From positions 1,770,001 through 1,802,000 of the forward strand of contig NC_006138.1 in NCBI RefSeq assembly GCF_000025945.1: a DNA stretch of 32,000 bases. Direction: 5' to 3'. The notes beneath the pieces were generated by a model. The model was not told where the DNA came from, did no database searches, and saw only the letters and a list, made by a program, of their open reading frames with translations. Each line of letters starts with the position of its first letter. Positions within the stretch are counted from its first letter, which is position 1. Made by a program: the position numbers and the translations under genes. Source of the stretch: Desulfotalea psychrophila LSv54 (GTDB lineage Bacteria; Desulfobacterota; Desulfobulbia; Desulfobulbales; Desulfocapsaceae). This document shows positions 16,612 through 25,310 of this stretch, one piece after another.

Positions 16612-17685
16612 TTATTCTCCTAAGTGATTAATCTTACTAATAGTCTCTTGTCTTCTGCTATCGAGCAGATGGGTGTACCTCATGGTCATGGCCAGGGTGC
16701 TGTGGCCGAGTATATCTGCCACCTCCCTGATATCCACCCCTGCCATGAGCAGGTGGCTTGCGGCCGTATGGCGCAGATCGTGGGGCCGAAAGTGAGGGAT
16801 TTTGTGCCCTGATGCTTCCATCTTTTTTCGTAAACTTCGCCAACAGGAGGAGAATGCCTTGGCCGGGGCGAGTCTGATATCTTTTTGGTTGAGATGGTTT
16901 TCTTTTAAAAAATAATAGCCTGTTGCTTCTGGGCTAACCGTCTGCAGAACCTCTGCAGCCTTTGTGGTCAGGGGCACTGATCTGGGAATACCGCTTTTGG
17001 TTTCGTGTATCCTGAGCGAGAGAGTCTCAAAATTAATATCCTCAGGGCGAAGTCTGGCCACCTCCGATGATCTCATTCCGGTATGCATAAGAAGCAGGAC
17101 AAAGGGGTAAAATTTTGGATTACGGATGTTCTTTGACTCGTCCAAAACGATCTTGGCTTCTGCTGTGGTGAGAAAGCGAGTGTTTCCCTTGTCCGGTGGC
17201 ACCCTGGTGATATCATTCACCGGGTTTTTAATATTAAGGCCCCATATTTTTCGGGCGTTATTGTACATCTTGGAGAGGATGGCGAGCTCGGTACGGATGG
17301 CAGAGTTTGAGTATCCCTCTTTTTGCCGTGTTAGCTGGTATTGAGCTACCAGGGCAGGTCGGATATCCGCAAGGCTGCGGTCAGCGCCCAGTAATCGGGT
17401 GAGATGCCTTGTTGCTCTGCTTTCCAGATCCAGGGTAGATTCTTTCTTGCCTGCAGCTGTGGAGTCTTCGGCATATTTGTCCAGGGCCTCCTGGAGAGAT
17501 ATCTGTTCGGCCAGGCGCGGATCTCCTGCGTCCTTTGCCCGGAGCAGTGCCTCATATTCGACGGCCCATGCCTGGGCCCTACACTTGGTGGGGAAACTCT
17601 TTCTGCGGGGCGTATGCCCTTTTATGCGAATGTGAGCTTCCCATACTATGCCGCTCTTGTTTTCCCTTTTCTTGAACGTTGCCAT
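16612..17685 (-). CDS. phage tyrosine integrase
   Basis: 'HTGMRSSEVARLRPEDI', 'HDLRHTAASHLLMAGVDIREVADILGHSTLAMTMRYTHL' with the catalytic R/HxxR/Y arrangement. Confidence 0.95.
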   Translation of the reverse strand: MATFKKRENKSGIVWEAHIRIKGHTPRRKSFPTKCRAQAWAVEYEALLRAKDAGDPRLAEQISLQEALDKYAEDSTAAGKKESTLDLESRATRHLTRLLGADRSLADIRPALVAQYQLTRQKEGYSNSAIRTELAILSKMYNNARKIWGLNIKNPVNDITRVPPDKGNTRFLTTAEAKIVLDESKNIRNPKFYPFVLLLMHTGMRSSEVARLRPEDINFETLSLRIHETKSGIPRSVPLTTKAAEVLQTVSPEATGYYFLKENHLNQKDIRLAPAKAFSSCWRSLRKKMEASGHKIPHFRPHDLRHTAASHLLMAGVDIREVADILGHSTLAMTMRYTHLLDSRRQETISKINHLGE

Positions 17686-17822
17686 CTCATCTCACTTTTT
17701 CCTTTGCGCTCATTTTTGCGCTCACTTGTTTGGAAAAACATGCATATCTTTTGACTAAATATGTATAAGGGAGAATATAACTGCATTGGGTAGGAAAAGA
17801 TAGTTTGAGGAAAAAAAGGCAC

Positions 17823-17856
17823 AAAAAAACCCGCAAGCCCTTACGGGTTGCGGGTT
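17823..17856 (-). terminator. rho-independent terminator downstream of tRNA-Leu(UAA)
   Basis: On the minus strand: AACCCGCAACCC-GTAA-GGGCTTGCGGGTTTTTTTG, a stem with a U-tract. Confidence 0.8.
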
Positions 17857-17893
17857 CCTGAAGAACGTTGTTGTGTGTTCTTCATCCACTATA

Positions 17894-17980
17894 TGGTGCC
17901 TAGAGCGAGAATCGAACTCGCACGGGCCGAAGCCCACGAGATTTTAAGTCTCGGGTGTCTACCAGTTCCACCATCCAGGC
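17894..17980 (-). tRNA. tRNA-Leu (anticodon UAA), CCA encoded
   Basis: Minus strand GCCTGGATGGTGGAACTGGTAGACACCCGAGACTTAAAATCTCGTGGGCTTCGGCCCGTGCGAGTTCGATTCTCGCTCTAGGCACCA; acceptor pairs, long variable arm, TTCGATT. Confidence 0.97.
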
Positions 17981-18137
17981 ATAGTAGCTTTATTTGGGCA
18001 ACCAACACGGCGTGTTGGCTACGAGGGGAGTTAATAACAAATCAGAAAGAAAAAGTCGAGCCTTTTATCTGATTTATTTGCTGATTATTTTAGTTCCTAA
18101 CTCCCGCTCGATTTTAAGTGCAGGTGCCCCTGTTTCT

Positions 18138-19319
18138 TTAGCCTGCCATCTGCACGATTTTTAGCATATCACGTACTGCCAGATCAAGTCCAGAGAAGAC
18201 GGCCCGGCCGATGATGGAGTGGCCGATGGAGAGTTCTTCAACGGCGTCGATGGCGGCAATGCGGGCGGCGTTGTGGTAGCCCAGGCCGTGCCCTGCATTT
18301 ACCCGCAGGCCGCGTTGGGCGGCTTCTTGGGCGGCTACTACCAGAAGTTGGTACTCCTTCTCCTGAGCGGCTTCGCCTATGGCGTCGCTATATTTGCCCG
18401 TGTGTAGCTCGACAAACTGGGCCCCGATTTCGTAGGCGGCTTCAATCTGCTCTTCGACGGGGTCGATGAACAGGGATACCGGGATGTTCTTGGCAGTCAT
18501 GCGCTCGATGGTGCGGGCCAGTTTTTTCTTCTGGCCGGCTACATCAAGACCGCCTTCGGTGGTCAGCTCCTGGCGTTTTTCAGGGACCAGGGTGATCATG
18601 TCAGGTCGGGTGTTCAGGGCAATTTTGATAATCTCCTTGTTGGCTCCCATCTCAAAGTTCATTTTGGTTTTGATGGTCTGGCGGAGGAGGATGATATCTC
18701 TGTCCTGCATATGTCGACGATCTTCACGCAGGTGGACAACAATGCCTGCCGCGCCGGCCATCTCGCAGATGGCAGCTGCGGCAACCGGATCCGGTTCGGT
18801 GATGCCGCGGGCCTGGCGGATGGTTGCCACGTGATCGATATTAATAGCTAATTGGGTCATCTTGAATCTCCTGTTAATTGCATATTCTTTCAATAGTACC
18901 TGTTCTTTATCTTCCATGAGCAGGGCGTCTTCCGGACCACGTTCGTGGTCATACCCTACAAGATGAAGTATGCCGTGTACCATGAGCCAGTTAAGGCGAT
19001 GGCTTATTGTCTGTCCGTACTCTATGGCCTCCCGCATGGCAGTGTCAACCGAGATGATAATATCGCCAAGCTCGTGCACCGGTATCTGCTGGAGGAACTC
19101 TTCGCTTCCCTCGGCAAAGGGAAAGGAGAGGACGTTGGTGGGGCCCTTTTTCTCGCGGTAATGTTCGTTGAACCAGGTCATCTGGGCATCGGAGACAAAG
19201 ACAATATTTAGATTGTGATCATTTACCCCAAGTTTTGTCAGCACCCAATGGGCAAAATGCTTTGCCTCTTTTTGGGGGATGGGAAGGCTAATCTCTTTGC
19301 ACTGTAGTTCTACTGCCAT
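18138..19319 (-). CDS. ybeY-pdxJ: fused YbeY (rRNA maturation endoribonuclease) - PdxJ (pyridoxine 5'-phosphate synthase)
   Basis: YbeY motif 'NWLMVHGILHLVGYDH' followed without a stop by PdxJ 'MTQLAINIDHVATIRQARG...VNAGHGLGYHN...EELSIGHSIIGRAVF'. YbeY start MAVELQC at 19319. Confidence 0.9.
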   Translation of the reverse strand: MAVELQCKEISLPIPQKEAKHFAHWVLTKLGVNDHNLNIVFVSDAQMTWFNEHYREKKGPTNVLSFPFAEGSEEFLQQIPVHELGDIIISVDTAMREAIEYGQTISHRLNWLMVHGILHLVGYDHERGPEDALLMEDKEQVLLKEYAINRRFKMTQLAINIDHVATIRQARGITEPDPVAAAAICEMAGAAGIVVHLREDRRHMQDRDIILLRQTIKTKMNFEMGANKEIIKIALNTRPDMITLVPEKRQELTTEGGLDVAGQKKKLARTIERMTAKNIPVSLFIDPVEEQIEAAYEIGAQFVELHTGKYSDAIGEAAQEKEYQLLVVAAQEAAQRGLRVNAGHGLGYHNAARIAAIDAVEELSIGHSIIGRAVFSGLDLAVRDMLKIVQMAG

Positions 19320-19320
19320 G

Positions 19321-20283
19321 TTATTCCTCTTTCTGCTCTTGTTCGTAGGCGTGGATGATTTTTTGCACCAGGGGGTGGCGGACGACATCGGCCTTATCAA
19401 AGTGACAAAAACCGATATCCTTGATCTGGGCCAGGAGCTTCTCTGCCTGGAGCAGACCTGAATGTTCCTTGTTGGGCAGATCCACCTGGGTTACGTCGCC
19501 TGTGATTATGGCCTGTGAATCAAAACCAATTCTGGTGAGGAACATCTTCATCTGTTCTCGGGTGGTGTTTTGGGCCTCATCAAGAATGACAAAGGCGTTG
19601 CTCAGGGTGCGGCCACGCATAAAGGCCAGGGGGGCAACTTCAATAACACCCCGTTCAATGAGGTCGGCTGTCTTTTCCAGGCCAAGCATATCCTGGAGGG
19701 CATCGTAGATCGGGCGCAGATAGGGATCAACCTTATTAGCCAGGTCTCCCGGCAGAAAGCCCAGCTTTTCCCCGGCCTCAACAGCAGGACGGGTGAGAAT
19801 GATAGAGCGCACCAGGCCACTGGCAAGGGCCGAGACAGCCATGGCCACGGCCAGATATGTTTTGCCTGTTCCCGCCGGGCCGATGCCGAAGACAATATCC
19901 TTATTGCGAATTTCGTCGATATAAAACTTTTGATTGGTAGTTTTGGGAGAGATTATCCGGTTTTCCGTGGTGACGTAGACCTTGTCGAGAAATATCTTGG
20001 CAAGATCTGCCTGGGGGCTAGACTCAAGTATTTGAATGCCGAAGGCAACGTCGGAGCTGTAGATCTGATGGCCCCTGCCTATGAGAGCATAGAGCTGGCG
20101 CAGGAGGTTGCCTGCCAGTTCTACACTGTGCGGCATGCCCTCAATGTTCAGCTGGGTACCCCGGGTTTTGATTGTCACCGAACAACTATGCTCTATGGTG
20201 CGGATATTACAGTTGTGCTCACCGTAGAGCAGGTTTGTCTGCTGGTTATCCTTAAAGGATATCTCTTCCTGAATGGCTTTCAT
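19321..20283 (-). CDS. phoH: PhoH-like ATPase (PhoH/PhoL family)
   Basis: Walker A 'GPAGTGKTYLAVAMAV', 'LTRPAVEAGEKLGFLPGDL', 'AFVILDEAQNTT'; start MKAIQEE at 20283. Confidence 0.9.
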   Translation of the reverse strand: MKAIQEEISFKDNQQTNLLYGEHNCNIRTIEHSCSVTIKTRGTQLNIEGMPHSVELAGNLLRQLYALIGRGHQIYSSDVAFGIQILESSPQADLAKIFLDKVYVTTENRIISPKTTNQKFYIDEIRNKDIVFGIGPAGTGKTYLAVAMAVSALASGLVRSIILTRPAVEAGEKLGFLPGDLANKVDPYLRPIYDALQDMLGLEKTADLIERGVIEVAPLAFMRGRTLSNAFVILDEAQNTTREQMKMFLTRIGFDSQAIITGDVTQVDLPNKEHSGLLQAEKLLAQIKDIGFCHFDKADVVRHPLVQKIIHAYEQEQKEE

Positions 20284-20287
20284 AATA

Positions 20288-21169
20288 TTAGAGGAGCCCT
20301 GCCTTGCGGAGTTCAGCGTCAATCATTGTCTGAAATGTTCGCTGCTCACGCTGTTTGAGTTTATGACCATTGATAAAGACGGTTGGGGTGCCGGTAACAC
20401 CTGCAGATTTTGCGTCAATAATATCCTGGCGGACTTGAGCCCTGACGGCGTTGGAGTCCATATCCTTTTTAAAGAGGGGGATATCAAGCTCCAGCTCTTT
20501 GGCTGTTTTGATGAGATCTGATCTCTTAAGGTTTTTTATGGCAAATATTTTGTCATGATATGGCCAGAATTTTCCCTGGGCTTCAGCTGCCAGTCCTGCT
20601 CTTGCTGCTGGCTCTGCGGCCTTATGGAAGTTGAGAGGCATGTTTTTGAAGACAATTTTCACATTCTTGGAATTTGCCTCATATATTTGATCTATCAGTG
20701 GGACAAGCTTGCTGCAGTAGGGGCATTCAAAATCGGTGAACACGGCAATGGTTACCGGCGCATCTGCCTTACCCTTGAAGGGAGAGCCCTTGGTGTTGAA
20801 TTCAACAACAAAATCTGTGCGGACAGCGCTGAATACATTGTTTGTGCTATCAAGCAGATAGATGATCTCTCCCTGTGGAGCAATGTCTATCGAGCTGACG
20901 CCGGGGGCAACGGGGATAAAACCCTGCAGTTTTCCCTCACGGCTATATACCATTACCTTGTGCTCTTTTGTCAGGAAGTAGACGTATTTATCGTCGAGTG
21001 AGTGGGCAAAATCAAGCACTCCGGCCGGTGCCTTCCAGTTTTGGGCAAGGGTCCACTCCACCTTTCCCTCCTGGCCCTGGCTTGTTTTTTCGCCAGCCTG
21101 TATAAAGGTGCTTGCCATAAGGAGGCTGATGGCACCTGCCGCGAGTATTGTAAGTTTTGAGAATTTCAT
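20288..21169 (-). CDS. exported DsbA-family thioredoxin-like disulfide oxidoreductase/isomerase
   Basis: Signal peptide; 'VTIAVFTDFECPYCSKLVPLIDQIYE' and 'GVTGTPTVFINGHKL' (cis-Pro) motifs. Confidence 0.85.
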   Translation of the reverse strand: MKFSKLTILAAGAISLLMASTFIQAGEKTSQGQEGKVEWTLAQNWKAPAGVLDFAHSLDDKYVYFLTKEHKVMVYSREGKLQGFIPVAPGVSSIDIAPQGEIIYLLDSTNNVFSAVRTDFVVEFNTKGSPFKGKADAPVTIAVFTDFECPYCSKLVPLIDQIYEANSKNVKIVFKNMPLNFHKAAEPAARAGLAAEAQGKFWPYHDKIFAIKNLKRSDLIKTAKELELDIPLFKKDMDSNAVRAQVRQDIIDAKSAGVTGTPTVFINGHKLKQREQRTFQTMIDAELRKAGLL

Positions 21170-21321
21170 GAAACCCTTAAAGTAGTATTGATGGTGTATA
21201 ATGATTAATAAATTTTGCCCTGTTTGCTGTGCCTAAGATAGTCACTGCCAGGGCATTTTGCAAGAAAACAGCGAGTTGCTTCTGTGGAAAGATAAAAGCG
21301 AAGAATATTGGAAGAAAGCTG

Positions 21322-21350
21322 TTGACATTGTTTTTAAAAACATCTATAGT
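21322..21350 (+). promoter_or_regulatory. sigma70-like promoter for tRNA-Leu(UAG)
   Basis: TTGACA (21322-21327), 17 nt spacer, TATAGT (21345-21350), about 50 nt upstream of the tRNA. Confidence 0.8.
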
Positions 21351-21401
21351 CTCGCTCGTTGCTGAGGCGCTAGTCGTCCTGGCAAGCTGAAAACATGTTG
21401 T

Positions 21402-21486
<85 letters not shown>

Positions 21487-21499
21487 CAATTTTGGATTG

Positions 21500-21538
21500 A
21501 AAAAAAGGGCTTTGACATTTTGTCAAAGCCCTTTTTTT
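21500..21538 (+). terminator. rho-independent terminator after tRNA-Leu(UAG)
   Basis: AAAAAAAGGGCTTTGACA-TTT-TGTCAAAGCCCTTTTTTT. Confidence 0.9.
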
Positions 21539-21840
21539 GTTTGTATGGTGGCGCCCAGTTGCCTGTACAGTTGTTTTCCTCCTGTCTTTTTCCCTGAATA
21601 AAATACTTAATAGGGCGACCGATCTGCCCACGCCTCCGTGATCTTCCTGCTGAGAATGAATCTGCTACTCAGCGTGGCTCTGGTGGAGTGCAAGGCTTGT
21701 GTGTGAGACTGAAATAAGTTATCTTACATGTTATCAGAGTGTTCCGTTTATTTGTTCGCTCTCTAGGGGCCGGTAGGTTCAGCTTATCTGGAACCTTTTT
21801 CTGCGCATTATATAAAAAATTGAATAGATAATAGGTGATT

Positions 21841-22791
21841 ATGTCCAGTATTATCCCTCGTTTTTATTTCGACCCTGAAGATTATCGACTTCTGAGAATT
21901 GTAAGCGAAGTTTTGGGGCAGGAGCGTGGTACCATTAAAGAGGCTCGCACCTTATTGCGTCCCTCTCTGCATCCCCATGGTATAAAAACCCTCGCCTCGA
22001 GTAGTAATCTGCGCATTGCCTTTGCCGTGATCAATCTCCTTAATCTGTTGGAGACAGGGCAGGCTAAAGAACGTTTGCAGGTACTCCGCTCTCTCCACGA
22101 TGAGGTGCTCTCCTCCTCCGGCTCTATGCGTCGTAATACCGCCCGGGTTCTGATCCAGATTATGAAGACCTTGGTTCGTTCTCAGGGTAGTGAGCTGGAA
22201 CAGCTTAAGCTTGCCCATGATTTCCGGGTGGCTGCCTCTGGTAAACCCCGTAATATTCTTAAACAGTTGCGTAAGTATCATCTCATTGAAATGCCTGAGG
22301 AGTGGAATCAGCTCAGCTTTGATGATCGTGTTCACGATGCCAATACTAAGGGGCGTAAATCGCCAACCCATCTAATTATGGATGCCTGGATAAAGGGTAT
22401 TCGCCGCCTCACCGTTGTTTACTATCATTATGTTGATGCCGGGGTGGTGGAAGAGCTTCTCTCCGCTGCTGCTATTATGGACATTGAGGTACATATAGGG
22501 GTGGAGGTAACAGCTCTTCGTCGCGGGCGATTTGTGCAGATTATTTGGGAGCCGAAGGGCTTTGAGCAGTGTGAGGAGTATCTGAAATTTCTCTCCCAAG
22601 CTCCGGTACAGGAGTTTATGGCGGAGGGGCGTAAGGTGGCCCTGCATCATAATAAGTACGTCTACAGTTTGTTGGAGCTTTTTAATAAAAAGCATCGCTT
22701 CACCCTGCGGGATAAATTTGATCTTGATGTGCCATGTCTGGATCAGGTTAAATTTATTGATTTTATTGGGGCGGGGTCAGCCCTCTACTGA
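21841..22791 (+). CDS. N-terminal part of a large conserved protein of unknown function (frameshifted relative to the next ORF)
   Basis: ORF ends ...FIDFIGAGSALY*; the +1 frame continues ...STDHLGGYIAKVVRPLIKKK in the overlapping ORF. Confidence 0.6.
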   Translation: MSSIIPRFYFDPEDYRLLRIVSEVLGQERGTIKEARTLLRPSLHPHGIKTLASSSNLRIAFAVINLLNLLETGQAKERLQVLRSLHDEVLSSSGSMRRNTARVLIQIMKTLVRSQGSELEQLKLAHDFRVAASGKPRNILKQLRKYHLIEMPEEWNQLSFDDRVHDANTKGRKSPTHLIMDAWIKGIRRLTVVYYHYVDAGVVEELLSAAAIMDIEVHIGVEVTALRRGRFVQIIWEPKGFEQCEEYLKFLSQAPVQEFMAEGRKVALHHNKYVYSLLELFNKKHRFTLRDKFDLDVPCLDQVKFIDFIGAGSALY

Positions 22792-24946
22792 TCATTTGGG
22801 TGGCTATATTGCCAAGGTGGTTCGTCCGCTTATTAAGAAGAAGGCCGAGGCCTTTAATGATCAGTATGCTGGCACCGATGATAGTGGAGAGAGGGCGGAG
22901 ATACTTGAGAAACTCAAGGCTCTCAATCAGCTTGGTGCAGACTATTTTGTTGGGACCTTTCTCTTGCCGGGGGAAAATCCTAGTATTACCTATCTTCTCC
23001 AGCCTGCCGGGGACGATCCATTTTTGCTCCGGCAAAGTCCCCATGAGATGATTGTTGCCCTGCCAAAAATTCATTCTATAAACTCTTTTACCCTTAATAC
23101 GGTTAATCTGGCTCAGGCTGATGTCATAGAAATTTTATATGAATGTCGTGGGGGAATTCGCTGTATTGAATTTTTCAGTCTGCGTGATCTCACCCAGAAG
23201 CGCTTTCGTGATGGCGAGGCCCTCGCTGAACTTAAAACTGCCCTGAATAAGGCTGATGTTGTTGCCCTGAAACATATTATTATTAACAATATAGATCAGG
23301 TATGTTTTGGCGATACTGTCTGCGAACAGGCAAGTGATGAGGTGGTTAGTCTTCGTGATATTCTTAATGATATAAATACATTGGCCGAGATGTATGTGCG
23401 CCAGCCTCTACAAACTTATATTGGCAGTGGCTCAACGGGAAATTTTGCCAGCACCTTTGGGATGGGCTTTGTGGTGCTTGAGACTCTGCCTGTGCGCGCT
23501 CAGCGTGAATATGCCCGTTCCGTGCAACATCAGGGAGTGTTTTGTGTGCCAATCAACACCGAGGTATGGGAGAAGTTTACCTATAAGCCTAAAAAGGGCA
23601 TTACCGATCTTGGCAAGCGATTTTTGGCTTTTACCAAGTCCTCCCCTTTCTTTAAACGCCTGGGGCAGACCTGTGTTAAGAGCTATCTTGCCACGGAGAT
23701 TAAGGTTGCCAGAGGGGGGAAATGTGGAAATATTGGCCTGCTCGGTGGTCGGAGCCTTGCCAGTAATGGCTTTGCCATAAAGGCGGCAGAGATTATTGAA
23801 CCTAAGAGGGGACAGCGAATTCCTCTGCGTTATCTGAACAGCACCGTGCTTAACTGGCTTAAGGTTCTCGTTGGCTTTATCCCTGCCTTTTTAACCTTTT
23901 CTCTGACCAAAGATTGGTGGTTACTTTCCTATCTGGGTGCCTTTATCTGGTTTGGTATCACGGGTGGGCGTAATATTATTCAAGCCGTTGTCGGCGGTGG
24001 TGGTGGTCGCAATATTTCCCTCCTCCACTGGCATGAGTATGTTGATTGGAACAGAGTCTCTGACTCCCTGCTCTATACAGGTTTTTCTGTGCCTCTGCTT
24101 GACTGGCTCTGTAAGACGGTGGTTCTGGATCAGGGTTTTGGGGTAAATATCAGTAATAATGCTCTCTTACTCTATACGGTGATGAGTATTACCAATGGTT
24201 TTTATATTTGCAGTCATAATCTCTTTCGAGGCCTGCCCCCTAAGGCTGTTTTTGGCAATTTTTTCAGGAGTCTTCTTTCCATCCCCGTGGCGGTTCTCTT
24301 TAGTTGGGTCATTGGTGGTATTCTTGGTGCCTGTGGTATAGCTACTGCGGGAATCATTTTGCAAAAATGGGCCGCTGTTATCTCTAAGTTTGCCTCGGAT
24401 TGTGTTGGTGGTATCATCGAGGGTGGTGCCGATCGTGGGGCCAATGTTCATATGCGGGTATGGGATTATCAGACGAAATTCAAGCGGGTGCTTCAGCTCT
24501 ATACCAAAATTGAGATACTCTTTCCTGAGCGCAATGTCCTGCGGGTAATGTCGAAGCCGGATAAGTTTTTGGCGGAACTTCGGGAGAGGCGTTCTGGTCT
24601 TGAGAAGGCCCTGATCTTTGATTCACTTGATTTTCTTACCCTGTGGTTGTACCAGCCTCGAGCGTCCACGGCCCTTGAACATATACTGCGGCAAATGACC
24701 ACCGAAGAGCGCTGTGTCTTTTTTATGTCCCAGCTTGTTCTAACTCAGGAGAGGGAGGTTTCACAGCTTCTGTTGGCAGGTTCTTTGGGCGAGCGCTTTG
24801 CCCGTGCCCTCTCTTTTTATCTGGATAGTTATAGACGATACCTGCGGGGACTTGATGCCCTGATGGAAAAAATTGGTACCACCGAGCATAGAGAGCTCTG
24901 TGGTGAAAAACCTTGGGAAATAAGTGATCTTCGTCTGGGCTTTTAG
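22718..24946 (+). CDS. C-terminal part of a large membrane protein of unknown function
   Basis: Several hydrophobic helices (WLKVLVGFIPAFLTFSL, LLSIPVAVLFSWVIGGILGACGIATAG). The first ~23 codons look like an out-of-frame shadow of the upstream ORF, so true coding probably begins near 22785. Confidence 0.6.
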   Translation: MILMCHVWIRLNLLILLGRGQPSTDHLGGYIAKVVRPLIKKKAEAFNDQYAGTDDSGERAEILEKLKALNQLGADYFVGTFLLPGENPSITYLLQPAGDDPFLLRQSPHEMIVALPKIHSINSFTLNTVNLAQADVIEILYECRGGIRCIEFFSLRDLTQKRFRDGEALAELKTALNKADVVALKHIIINNIDQVCFGDTVCEQASDEVVSLRDILNDINTLAEMYVRQPLQTYIGSGSTGNFASTFGMGFVVLETLPVRAQREYARSVQHQGVFCVPINTEVWEKFTYKPKKGITDLGKRFLAFTKSSPFFKRLGQTCVKSYLATEIKVARGGKCGNIGLLGGRSLASNGFAIKAAEIIEPKRGQRIPLRYLNSTVLNWLKVLVGFIPAFLTFSLTKDWWLLSYLGAFIWFGITGGRNIIQAVVGGGGGRNISLLHWHEYVDWNRVSDSLLYTGFSVPLLDWLCKTVVLDQGFGVNISNNALLLYTVMSITNGFYICSHNLFRGLPPKAVFGNFFRSLLSIPVAVLFSWVIGGILGACGIATAGIILQKWAAVISKFASDCVGGIIEGGADRGANVHMRVWDYQTKFKRVLQLYTKIEILFPERNVLRVMSKPDKFLAELRERRSGLEKALIFDSLDFLTLWLYQPRASTALEHILRQMTTEERCVFFMSQLVLTQEREVSQLLLAGSLGERFARALSFYLDSYRRYLRGLDALMEKIGTTEHRELCGEKPWEISDLRLGF

Positions 24947-24980
24947 AGACCATACGGGAGAGTTTGGAGATTTGTTGATT

Positions 24981-25202
24981 ATGTCAATACGGGCAATAGC
25001 GGTAGATTTATACAGGGCCCAGCAGAAGGTGGATGCCCTGCTGTCTCAGATAGAAGAGGCCTCCTCACAGGAGGAAGATGTGCTCCGTACTGAGCTAGGT
25101 GCTGCCCGTCTGGAGCACAGTATGATAAAGAAAATGTTGGAGAGTAAAAAAGAGTCCGGTGATTATAGAAAGAAATTTGGAGGGATGAGTTTCGGCTTGT
25201 GA
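24981..25202 (+). CDS. small conserved hypothetical protein
   Basis: ATG 24981: MSIRAIAVDLYRAQQKVDALLSQIEEASSQEEDVLRTELGAARLEHSMIKKMLESKKES...; helical, follows the membrane protein gene. Confidence 0.6.
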   Translation: MSIRAIAVDLYRAQQKVDALLSQIEEASSQEEDVLRTELGAARLEHSMIKKMLESKKESGDYRKKFGGMSFGL

Positions 25203-25310
25203 TCTTTTGTTCTCTAAGAGCTTGTCTGTGAGGGGACAAAGTTGTATTTTGCAAAGTTGTTGATAGTGTCTGATTTATTTTATTTTGTTTTTTAAAGATA
25301 GAGGTTTGAA

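Larger units (their letters stand above)
1..17893. mobile_element. right-hand portion of an integrated tailed prophage, left end outside window
   Basis: Continuous capsid-to-lysis gene order ending in a tyrosine integrase adjacent to tRNA-Leu(UAA). Confidence 0.88.

Noticed and set aside
19570-20358. 262-aa plus-strand ORF antisense to phoH
   Set aside because: Lies entirely over a well-supported PhoH coding sequence; its sequence has no domain signature.
22718-24946. Annotation of the large membrane protein as a Gcr-type site-specific recombinase
   Set aside because: Considered because of size and multiple TM segments, but I could not match family motifs with confidence, so left as unknown.
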